Source: a virus
Virus record (IMG/VR): IMGVR_UViG_3300045988_047031
Location: 1-61,038 of that record
Reading direction: 5' to 3' (one strand)
Length of the DNA: 61,038 nucleotides
Position numbers and translations under genes: made by a program. Each line of letters starts with the position of its first letter. The stretch's first letter is position 1. The notes under the pieces were generated by a model. That model had not been told where the DNA came from and did not search any database. It worked only from the letters and a program-made list of their open reading frames with translations. Shown in pieces: positions 8,716 to 17,031 of the stretch.

Positions 8716-11637
8716 TTGGATTTCGGAAATGTCTTCGGAAATGAAGAGGAAATCATGAATGATTTGAGCCAACTTTCGGATACCGGACGAGAAATTATCC
8801 TCAAACATATTGGGGTAAAACGGCGTTCCGGACGTTATCCTTGGGATCCATTTTTACATTTACCCAAGAATTATAAGTTCATCGAAGACCGTGATGAGCT
8901 TAAAAAACGGGGTCTAAGCGACAACGAAATCGCTAAAGAAATGGGTCTTTCAACAACAGTTTATCGTTCAAAAGTAACAATTGCCAAGGAAGAATTGAAA
9001 CAATATAACATGCAACGGATTGCAAAATTACAGTCTGAAGGTATGATTATTGACGATATTGCCAAGACAATTGGGACTACTGGACAGACTGTTCGTAACT
9101 ATTTGGAGGAAATTAAGAACCCAAATAAGAGTGCTCGGGCTAAAAGAGTGCAGACTGAAGCAGTCGCACAAACACTCGAAGACGCTGTAAAACGGTCAAA
9201 ATACATCGATGTTGGTAAGGGTGTGGAGATTCAGATGGGTATTTCCAAGGAAAAACTTAAGTCTGGACTCAATGCTTTGGTCGAATCTGGTGAATATGAG
9301 GTGCATAATCTACGTATTGCGCAGGTTACAGACAAGAATAATTCGACTCCAGTCAAGGTTTTGACGAAAAAAGGGGTAGAAAGAGCTGAAATCTATAAGA
9401 ATATGGATAAAGTTCGCCCTGTCGAAGAGTTTGCAATAAACGGCGATGCCCGTATGTTCCAACAAATGGAGCGCCCTAAGTCGATTGGATGGGATAGAGT
9501 GCATATTCGGTACGCAATTCCTGAAGGACAGAAGGGTCACGGGACAAATGACGATGGCGCAATGATGGACGGAGCCATGTTCTTACGTCCTGGTGTTAAA
9601 GATTTAAATCTTGGTAAAGCATCATATGCCCAAGTTCGTATTGCTGTAGGTGATACCCATTACCTTAAGGGTATGGCTTTATATGGTACCGAGGAAATGT
9701 TTAAAGGTATCCCTAAAGGTACCGATATTATCTTTAATACCAATAAGACAGCCAATAAGACGCCTCAGGAAGTCCTTAAAGAGCTTAAGAAGAACCCTGA
9801 AGGTGGGGCCCCTATCGAAGGCCCGAACCCGTTTGGAGCCACTGTAAAGCGCCAGAATACGCTTGTAGACAGTAACGGAAATCCTGTTTATAAACCTGGA
9901 GTTAAAGACCGGTTTGGAAATAAGGTTCCTCAAATTGGTTCTATCAATATCGTAAATGAGGAAGGCGATTGGGGTAGTTGGTCTAAAGCCTTATCTGCAC
10001 AGTTCCTTTCTAAACAACCTACGACTGTTGTGCATGAGCGATTGAAAGCAACTATGAAGCAGGTACAAGATGAGTATGAAAGTATTCAGAAAGTTACGAA
10101 TCCTGTTATCAAGAAACAATTGATGGAATCGTTTGTGTCTGACCTGGAATCTAAGCAGGTTCATATGAAAGCCGCAGCACCAAAAGGTTTCCAAGGACAT
10201 GTTATCTTACCGGTTCCTGATATGAAGGAGAATGAAGTATATGCTCCTAATTATAAGAATGGTGAGAAGGTTGTCCTTATCCGATATCCTCATGGTGGAC
10301 GATTTGAAATCCCTGAGCTGACTGTAAATAATAATAGTGTAGCTCGTAAGATGATATCTAAGGATAGCCCTGATGCTATTGGTATTCATCCGAAGGTTGC
10401 ATCTAAAATGTCTGGTGCCGACTTTGATGGGGATACTGCATATGTTATTCCAAATAATAAAGGGAAGTTTAAGAGTCGAGATAGTCTTAAAGAACTTAAG
10501 AACTTCGACCCTAACATGTATGCGGATAAGCCTGGTACATTTACACCAATTACTAAACGTTATCAACAAACTTTGATGGGTGTTGTATCAAACCTTATTA
10601 CTGATATGACATTACAAGGCGCCCCATCTAGTGAGATCGCGCGTGCTGTAAAACACTCAATGGTTGTTATTGATGCTGAGAAACATAAGCTTAATTATAG
10701 GCGCTCTGCTGAAGAGAATGGTATCGATGCATTAATGAAACGGTATATGACCCACGTTGATAGAGTTAACTATGGTGAGCTCGAGCGATATAATCCTAAG
10801 ACAAGACGGGTAGATAAAGTAATCGACCCTGAGAAATTAAAAAAGGATTTGACGCCGGGTAAAGAATATACCTCCGCCTCTACAATTATATCCCGCCATA
10901 AACAATCCGTTATTACTGACGGGTATCAAGTAGAAGTGCCCGATCCTAAATCTAAGTCGGGTGGTACTAAGATGGTATGGCGTAACAAGAAGGAAACTTA
11001 TCTTGTTAATATGGTTAAGGATGCCAATGTGTTCCTTGGCCCTAACGCAACCAAGACGGAGCATCATTATGCGGACTACATCAATGAACTCAAGGCCTTT
11101 AAGAATAAGGTCGACTCAGAAATGAGTGGTATCAAGATGCCGTCCCGTGATCCTAAAGCCGCTAAGATCTATGCAGAGGAAGTCCTGTCTATGAAGGACA
11201 AGGTCAACCAAGTAAAGATTAACCGTATCAAAGAACGCCAAGCGCAACGTATGGCTGAGGTATCAAGTAAAGCAGAGATTGCTCGTAGGTCAGAGGATGA
11301 AGTTCTGAAGAAGGATGAGATCTCTCGTATCAAACAACAAGCTTTGAACAAAGCAAGGTCTATGGTAGGTGCAGAAAGAACGCCCGTCACTATTACAGAT
11401 GACGAGTGGGATGCAGTACAATCTAATGCGGTATCGGGTACTCTACTGAAAGAACTGGTATCCTTTATGGATGATAGCCAGCTCAAGTCCCTTGCTACCC
11501 CAAGAGCTAACAAACAGATGACCGAAGCTCGTAAGAGTAAAGCTAAGGCCCTGCTTGCTAATGGCTATACAATAGCACAAGTAGCAGAAGCATTAGGTGT
11601 AAGTAGTTCTACTATTGGTAAGATCAAAGCTGAATAG
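8716..11637 (+). CDS. single-polypeptide two-barrel RNA polymerase candidate (YonO / RdRP-like) with HTH modules
   Basis: VVLIRYPHGG...IGIHPKVASKMSGADFDGDTAYVIP (DFDGD = nt 10420-10434) parallels the beta-prime NADFDGD barrel. Upstream YAQVRIAVGDTHYLKGMAL resembles the first barrel of RdRP/YonO-type enzymes. HTH-like segments lie near the N terminus (EIAKEMGLSTTVYRS, DIAKTIGTTGQTVRNYL) and the C terminus (IAQVAEALGVSSSTIGKI). Start uncertain: TTG 8680 (ORF track), TTG 8716 (GAGGAGGA RBS) or ATG 8755. Confidence 0.7.
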   Translation: MDFGNVFGNEEEIMNDLSQLSDTGREIILKHIGVKRRSGRYPWDPFLHLPKNYKFIEDRDELKKRGLSDNEIAKEMGLSTTVYRSKVTIAKEELKQYNMQRIAKLQSEGMIIDDIAKTIGTTGQTVRNYLEEIKNPNKSARAKRVQTEAVAQTLEDAVKRSKYIDVGKGVEIQMGISKEKLKSGLNALVESGEYEVHNLRIAQVTDKNNSTPVKVLTKKGVERAEIYKNMDKVRPVEEFAINGDARMFQQMERPKSIGWDRVHIRYAIPEGQKGHGTNDDGAMMDGAMFLRPGVKDLNLGKASYAQVRIAVGDTHYLKGMALYGTEEMFKGIPKGTDIIFNTNKTANKTPQEVLKELKKNPEGGAPIEGPNPFGATVKRQNTLVDSNGNPVYKPGVKDRFGNKVPQIGSINIVNEEGDWGSWSKALSAQFLSKQPTTVVHERLKATMKQVQDEYESIQKVTNPVIKKQLMESFVSDLESKQVHMKAAAPKGFQGHVILPVPDMKENEVYAPNYKNGEKVVLIRYPHGGRFEIPELTVNNNSVARKMISKDSPDAIGIHPKVASKMSGADFDGDTAYVIPNNKGKFKSRDSLKELKNFDPNMYADKPGTFTPITKRYQQTLMGVVSNLITDMTLQGAPSSEIARAVKHSMVVIDAEKHKLNYRRSAEENGIDALMKRYMTHVDRVNYGELERYNPKTRRVDKVIDPEKLKKDLTPGKEYTSASTIISRHKQSVITDGYQVEVPDPKSKSGGTKMVWRNKKETYLVNMVKDANVFLGPNATKTEHHYADYINELKAFKNKVDSEMSGIKMPSRDPKAAKIYAEEVLSMKDKVNQVKINRIKERQAQRMAEVSSKAEIARRSEDEVLKKDEISRIKQQALNKARSMVGAERTPVTITDDEWDAVQSNAVSGTLLKELVSFMDDSQLKSLATPRANKQMTEARKSKAKALLANGYTIAQVAEALGVSSSTIGKIKAE

Positions 11638-11719
11638 AAGTTAGTGGGTAGTCCACTACATGTATGATACATCATGTTGTACTATCGTGTGTACTACAAC
11701 ATAGAAAGGAGAGAAGCTC

Positions 11720-12001
11720 ATGCTAACAACTGAAGACAATCCGTTCAGTCCTTGGACACAGTACGAGTTATGGCGACGTTGGGACATCGATCATGGTTAC
11801 AACATCGAGTCTTACATCGCATCACTCATGCCAATGCTCAATGACAGTTCAATTGAAGACTATGAACACGCATGGTCGGTAGCAGTGTCTTCGATACTAG
11901 AACAGAACATCTTCGGAAACTTAAAACTTGTTCCAAAACCTGATGATTACGAAGAAGATCTTGAGTTTCTTAATGAAGATGAAGATGAAATAAAACTTTA
12001 G
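11720..12001 (+). CDS. small highly acidic protein (93 aa)
   Basis: AAAGGAGAG RBS; D/E-rich C terminus (DDYEEDLEFLNEDEDE). Confidence 0.65.
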   Translation: MLTTEDNPFSPWTQYELWRRWDIDHGYNIESYIASLMPMLNDSSIEDYEHAWSVAVSSILEQNIFGNLKLVPKPDDYEEDLEFLNEDEDEIKL

Positions 12002-12257
12002 ACCCCGGGGGGGTGCCTATTACAGGCCTTCCTCTTCAGCATCGGGGCTGGTATCAAAAATTCCCCCGTTGCGATTTTTTTCAAAATGGTTTTGGATTTC
12101 TACAGGCCGATTCTAGGATTGGTTTGTGCTAGAGGGGTACTTTGCTCCTTTCAACCCCTATAGTATATAGCGGGCGTTAGACAGGACTGATGGTCGTTGT
12201 TGAAAACTGACCTAAAGTCGGTCTATAGGAGTCCAAAACTTATGAAAAAGGGTTCTA
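12002..12257. other. non-coding region upstream of the packaging genes (candidate cos/pac region)
   Basis: 256 nt without an ORF; ccccggggggg tract at about 12004-12014; repeated tacaggcc (about 12020 and 12100); sits just before the HNH-TerL module. Confidence 0.35.
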
Positions 12258-12518
12258 ATGATAAAGAAAGAGAGGAGAACTATCGTGGCAGCAGCAAAAA
12301 CTACCTATAAAGTTGTAGCACCTGCCGGGGTATACATTCGTTCAACCCCTGAGCAATCAGAAGAAAACGTCGTACGACTTGCTAATCGTGATGAGCGTCT
12401 AGTCGTCGTGAATGTTGGTGACGAATGGCTTCAAACCGATGAAGGTTATGTCATGAACCAACCTTATATCGTTGAACCCGACACGGTCAAACCACGGAAG
12501 AAAGGAGAGGCTGAGTAA
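12258..12518 (+). CDS. small SH3-like domain protein
   Basis: YKVVAPAGVYIRSTPEQSEENVVRLANRDERLVVVNVGDEWLQTDEGYV pattern; alternative GTG start at 12285 has the better RBS (AGAGGAG). Confidence 0.55.
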   Translation: MIKKERRTIVAAAKTTYKVVAPAGVYIRSTPEQSEENVVRLANRDERLVVVNVGDEWLQTDEGYVMNQPYIVEPDTVKPRKKGEAE

Positions 12519-12520
12519 CT

Positions 12521-12871
12521 ATGACGAATGAAGTAGCTGAATTCGATAACCAGAGAGCCTACAGACCTGCACGTTCGCCTGAACAGCGTGAATTGCAAAT
12601 GATGGAACTCGCTATGGGTCTATCGGAAAAGCGTCTTCAGGAAGGAACCGCATCGGCCTCTGAGATTGTCTACTGGCTAAACCAAGCAAGTCCTAAGGCT
12701 CGTCTTGAACGTAAGCAGTTGGAATTACAAGCAGAGTTGTTACAAGCTCGTATCGATTTGATTCGTAGCGACCAACAATCAGACCTTGACTTCAAACAAG
12801 CATACAAGGCATTCCAAGGATATTCTGGTAAGCCGGCAGAAGTCATTGATGGTGAATTCTATGAGCAATAG
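12521..12871 (+). CDS. hypothetical protein (116 aa); small terminase possible by position only
   Basis: GGAGAGG RBS; coiled-coil-like; no motif recognised. Confidence 0.6.
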   Translation: MTNEVAEFDNQRAYRPARSPEQRELQMMELAMGLSEKRLQEGTASASEIVYWLNQASPKARLERKQLELQAELLQARIDLIRSDQQSDLDFKQAYKAFQGYSGKPAEVIDGEFYEQ

Positions 12872-13256
12872 GCTCACCTATACAGAAATGTCTAAACTTG
12901 AGTCATATACTGAGCGGTTGAATTATCTAAGACTTCGTGGCGTACATCATGAAGCGCCTAGAGAAATATCCAATCGGTTCTATAAATCTCATGCATGGCA
13001 ACAATGTCGTGCGGCTATTATACGGCGGGATTTGGCTCAAGACCTTGGTGTTAGGAAATTATATGTGGAAGGCCCGATTACGGTTCATCATATGAATCCA
13101 CTAACTAAGGAGGATATAGAAAACTTGACCGAGAACTGCTTCGATCCTGACGGACTGATCACGGTCTCTGACAGCACCCATAAACGTATCCACTATGATC
13201 AAAAGGAGTATCAAACATGGGTTGAACGTAAACCGGGTGACACGAAGTTATGGTAA
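12861..13256 (+). CDS. HNH endonuclease
   Basis: ITVHHMNPLTKEDIE ... VSDSTHKRIH (H-N-H core); ATG 12861 overlaps the previous stop; the ORF-track start at 12786 is inside the previous gene. Confidence 0.8.
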   Translation: MSNRLTYTEMSKLESYTERLNYLRLRGVHHEAPREISNRFYKSHAWQQCRAAIIRRDLAQDLGVRKLYVEGPITVHHMNPLTKEDIENLTENCFDPDGLITVSDSTHKRIHYDQKEYQTWVERKPGDTKLW

Positions 13257-13657
13257 GGATGAAGTTTATGACTAGTATCTATGAAGACGTACTCAACTTC
13301 GTCGGGGTGTTACATGATTCCGAACCGGATTCAAATCGTGTAGTTAAGACTCAACTAGGTGTAGCTATTGATGCGGCACTTGGTGTGCTTGTTCAGAATG
13401 GTGTCGGTCATAATGTTAGTGTTATCGCCGAACCTAATTTAACTTGGGCGGAGTTCTTCTACGGTCATATGGATCTGGCTGAAGGAATTAAGGAACGCCT
13501 TAGAAATAATACCTTTGCTAAGAACTATGTTTGTATCTCGGCGTTGATTTCATATGACCCACCACAAGCATCTGTTCTTACCGCATTGAAAGAGGCTCGG
13601 GATGAGAATCTCACTCGCGCTAGATGGGAGGTAGAACTTGTCAAACTTGACATCTGA
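13250..13657 (+). CDS. hypothetical protein (135 aa)
   Basis: ORF overlapping the HNH stop; function unknown (small terminase not excluded). Confidence 0.55.
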   Translation: MVRMKFMTSIYEDVLNFVGVLHDSEPDSNRVVKTQLGVAIDAALGVLVQNGVGHNVSVIAEPNLTWAEFFYGHMDLAEGIKERLRNNTFAKNYVCISALISYDPPQASVLTALKEARDENLTRARWEVELVKLDI

Positions 13658-15254
13658 TGAACTCCACCATGCCGGGCGTAAAGGTATGAAGTGGGGTATG
13701 CATATTTTCGGGAAGAGACGTAGTGGTGCTGGTGGTCGCTTTAGACGTGACAAGAATACCGATCCTAAAAACGTCAAAATCCCTAAGAAACTTCACAAAC
13801 ATGTGGATGAGCGGCTAAGGGAAGCTGAGTACCTCGAGATGTATCGCAGTCGTAGCAATATGTCGACTAAGGCGCTAAAGGCTAAGATTGCTCGCTTAGA
13901 AGCAGAAAGGAAGTTTAAAGAATTAGTAGAGGCTCCTGAGAAAGCTCGGAGAGAGACTCTACAGAAAAAGAGACAGGCTCGTGTTGCTTTTGCTGGTAAA
14001 GCAGTTTCTGCGGCATTGGACGTGTATAGTAAATTACCATCAGAGATCGCAGGTAGAGGTAAAACTGGAAACGCTGCAGCGGAAGCAATAAAGAAATTCA
14101 AAATGTCTCAAGATAAAGTACGAGCGTTTAAGGATGTGCCAATTACTATGACTAAAATTACACAGTCTATTAATGTGGGTGGCGTTGATGTATATATTCC
14201 AGAAACCATTCAGAACCGATTTATGATTCAGCACGCTGGTCGTAAGGGTATGAAATGGGGTATGAATATCTTTGGTAAACGCGATAGGTATGCTCGGAAT
14301 AATTTCTCTAAAGAACATTATCAAACATATAAATATGCACGTGAGCGTGTTAAAAAGGGCGGATCTGAATATAAGCTATCTAAGAAAATCCATAGATTAA
14401 CTAAGGATTTATATGATAGTCAACCGTCTGAGCAAAACCGACTTCTTACAAATGTAGCATATGATGCACGTAAAGATGCGAAGGCTACTCGTAAGAAATA
14501 TAAAGGATCCGTTAAAAAGATTTTTAATAAATATTCTGAGACTGACTTTGATTTAAAGGGAGGTCTCACACAATCAGGAGTACAAATGGGTGAATTTATA
14601 AATGGGGTATACATCCCGTCGCAAGATGACCTACTCTTACACTATGGTAAAAAGGGCATGAAGTGGAAGAAGGGTCGTCAAGGTATGACTCCGGCTCAAG
14701 CAGCTATGGCCGATGCTGAAGAACGCGAAGCTAATCGCGACTATGGTAAAGAGTCCGAGAAATATAAAAAAGAGGCTAAGTATTACTACGATAAGGTAAA
14801 GGGCGGTGTTGAAAAAGGTAAAGCTCGGAATAAGAAAGAGCAGAAATACCTTGACAAACACAACGACGCTATGGATAAATACATCGATGCTTTGGAACGT
14901 AAGAAAAATCAGAAGAATCTTCGTAAAAAGGTCAAACATTCTAGTGTTTCCGATGACGTTTTACTTCACTATGGTAAAAAGGGCATGAAGTGGAAGAAGA
15001 AGGGTGAAGGCGCTATTGGTATCGGTACTGTCGGCGCAGCACCTGCATTCCAGGATAAAGCTCTAGAGCGTCGGGCAATTATCGAACGTCTTATCGCTAA
15101 AGAACATGATAAAGCAGCTAAGAAAACGAACGATCCTAAGAAAAAGGAAATTCGTAAAGATCTTCGTGAAAAGGCGAAGAAGAATTCTAAAGAACTAGAA
15201 AAGAAACGTGAGAAAATGTATAACCCATATCGTGGAGACAAACTTCCTAAATAA
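13638..15254 (+). CDS. lysine-rich protein with four H(A/Y)G(R/K)KGMKW repeats (538 aa)
   Basis: TTG start 6 nt after GGGAGG; repeats at aa 8-27, 196-215, 331-346, 439-455; about 33 nt identical at DNA level at about 14640 and 14968. Confidence 0.75.
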   Translation: MSNLTSDELHHAGRKGMKWGMHIFGKRRSGAGGRFRRDKNTDPKNVKIPKKLHKHVDERLREAEYLEMYRSRSNMSTKALKAKIARLEAERKFKELVEAPEKARRETLQKKRQARVAFAGKAVSAALDVYSKLPSEIAGRGKTGNAAAEAIKKFKMSQDKVRAFKDVPITMTKITQSINVGGVDVYIPETIQNRFMIQHAGRKGMKWGMNIFGKRDRYARNNFSKEHYQTYKYARERVKKGGSEYKLSKKIHRLTKDLYDSQPSEQNRLLTNVAYDARKDAKATRKKYKGSVKKIFNKYSETDFDLKGGLTQSGVQMGEFINGVYIPSQDDLLLHYGKKGMKWKKGRQGMTPAQAAMADAEEREANRDYGKESEKYKKEAKYYYDKVKGGVEKGKARNKKEQKYLDKHNDAMDKYIDALERKKNQKNLRKKVKHSSVSDDVLLHYGKKGMKWKKKGEGAIGIGTVGAAPAFQDKALERRAIIERLIAKEHDKAAKKTNDPKKKEIRKDLREKAKKNSKELEKKREKMYNPYRGDKLPK

Positions 15255-15281
15255 TCTTTTCTAAGCAAAGGAGTCAAATAA

Positions 15282-17030
15282 GTGGTATTAAGTAATACTG
15301 CGGTTCCTGTCGAGTATGGCAGATTTCGGGACGCGGTATTGCGTGGTGAAATCCCTGTATGTCGTGAAGTCTCGATGCAAATGAACCGTATTGATAACGA
15401 TATCGCGAACCCGAATTATTATTACGACCCAGATGCGATACAAGGTTTTATCGATTTCTGTGAGAATGAGATGACCCTAGTCGATGGGCGTCCTTTAACA
15501 CTACTACCAACCTTTAGGTTATGGGCTGAGGATTTATTGGCATGGTTTGAATTTAAGGAAGAGAAGGTCTACGACCCCGAAACCGGAAATTTCAAAATAA
15601 TTAGACATAAGCGCAGACTACGGAACAAGCAATATCTCATTGTGGCTCGTGGTAATGCCAAGTCTTTATATGCCACGCTTCATCAGGCCTTTGGGCTTGT
15701 GATGGATACCAACTCAACCCAGCAAGTTACAACAGCCCCTACTATGGCACAAGCGGCAGAGGTTCTATATCCTTTTGCAACTGCTATAACTAGGGCAGGG
15801 AGCGCCGAGGAAGGATTTCCTTTGTTCCGTGTACTCACAAGAGGGCGGAATAAGGCTAGGACACAGAAGTCCCAGTCTCAGCTGGCTGTAACTAAGGACG
15901 GTATTGTTAATCGACTAACCAACTCTATTTTGGAAGTAAAACCAATGACCATTCCGAAACTCCAAGGTTCTCGTGCCAAATATGCAACGGTCGATGAATG
16001 GTTGTCAGGAGATATCAAGGAGAATGTAATCGGTGCACTTGAGCAATCTGCTTCTAAAGATGGTATCGATGATTACCTTATCCTAGCGGTATCTTCTGAG
16101 GGTACGGTTCGGGACTCTGTTGGTGACTCGATCAAACGCGAGCTTCTATCCATCTTGCGTGGTGAATACGAAGATCCGCATACATCTATTTGGTACTACC
16201 GTCTGGATGATGTTGCGGAAGTGGGTAATCCGGATATGTGGATGAAGGCTTGTCCTAATATTGGTATAACCGTCTCTTATGATGCATACCAGCGTGACGT
16301 TCGGCGTGCGGAATATTCACCAACGAATAGGAATGATATCCTAGCTAAAAGGTTTGGTATACCTGTCGAAGGTACGACATACTTCTTTACATTTGAAGAA
16401 ACGGAGCTTCATCGAAGGCAGAACTTCAGGCGTATGGAAGTATCTATGGGTATGGACGCCTCTCAAGGTGACGACTTCTGGGCATTTACATGGCTGGTTC
16501 CTTTAGGACGAGGTCGATATGGTGTTCAGACAAGGTCGTATGTTTCAGAGGTTAAATATCTACGTTTAAACTCGGCCACACAAGCTAAGTATGACCAGCT
16601 CGTAGCTGAGGGTACTCTAATAATCATGCCGGGCAACTATCTCGATTGGGAAATGGTCTATGATGATGTAGAACGTTATATCGAAGAGATGGAATGGACT
16701 ATCGTATCTTTTGGTTATGACCCATATAACGCGGCCGAATTTATTGACCGCTGGACTATGGAGAATGGCGATGTCGGTGTTGAAGTGGTACGACAAGGTG
16801 TAAGAACTGAGTCAGTACCTTTAGGCGAGATTAAGAATATGGCAACTTCTAGAGATCTTATATTCTTTGAGGAACTTATGAAGTATGCTATGGGTAACGC
16901 TGTTGTTATCCAAGATAATAATGGTAACTATAAATTATCCAAGATGCGTAGTGATGAAAAGATCGATAACGTCGCCGCATTAATGGATGCTTGGGTTGCC
17001 TATAAACGAAATAAGGAGGCATTCTTGTAG
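15282..17030 (+). CDS. terL: terminase large subunit
   Basis: GTG start after AAAGGAG; ATPase motifs (VARGNAKS, ATVDEW) and nuclease-type MGMDASQGDD; followed by the portal gene. Confidence 0.88.
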   Translation: MVLSNTAVPVEYGRFRDAVLRGEIPVCREVSMQMNRIDNDIANPNYYYDPDAIQGFIDFCENEMTLVDGRPLTLLPTFRLWAEDLLAWFEFKEEKVYDPETGNFKIIRHKRRLRNKQYLIVARGNAKSLYATLHQAFGLVMDTNSTQQVTTAPTMAQAAEVLYPFATAITRAGSAEEGFPLFRVLTRGRNKARTQKSQSQLAVTKDGIVNRLTNSILEVKPMTIPKLQGSRAKYATVDEWLSGDIKENVIGALEQSASKDGIDDYLILAVSSEGTVRDSVGDSIKRELLSILRGEYEDPHTSIWYYRLDDVAEVGNPDMWMKACPNIGITVSYDAYQRDVRRAEYSPTNRNDILAKRFGIPVEGTTYFFTFEETELHRRQNFRRMEVSMGMDASQGDDFWAFTWLVPLGRGRYGVQTRSYVSEVKYLRLNSATQAKYDQLVAEGTLIIMPGNYLDWEMVYDDVERYIEEMEWTIVSFGYDPYNAAEFIDRWTMENGDVGVEVVRQGVRTESVPLGEIKNMATSRDLIFFEELMKYAMGNAVVIQDNNGNYKLSKMRSDEKIDNVAALMDAWVAYKRNKEAFL

Positions 17031-17031
17031 G

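Noticed and set aside
8716-11637. A T7/SP6-like single-subunit RNAP, suggested by the SP6-like look of the promoter element
   Set aside because: No ORF shows T7-family motifs (for example the motif A/C Asp context or HDS). The only polymerase-like signature is DFDGD in a two-barrel context.
12521-13657. Calling 12521-12871 or 13250-13657 the small terminase subunit
   Set aside because: Only position supports it. No HTH or known TerS family pattern was recognisable by eye, so both are left as hypothetical.
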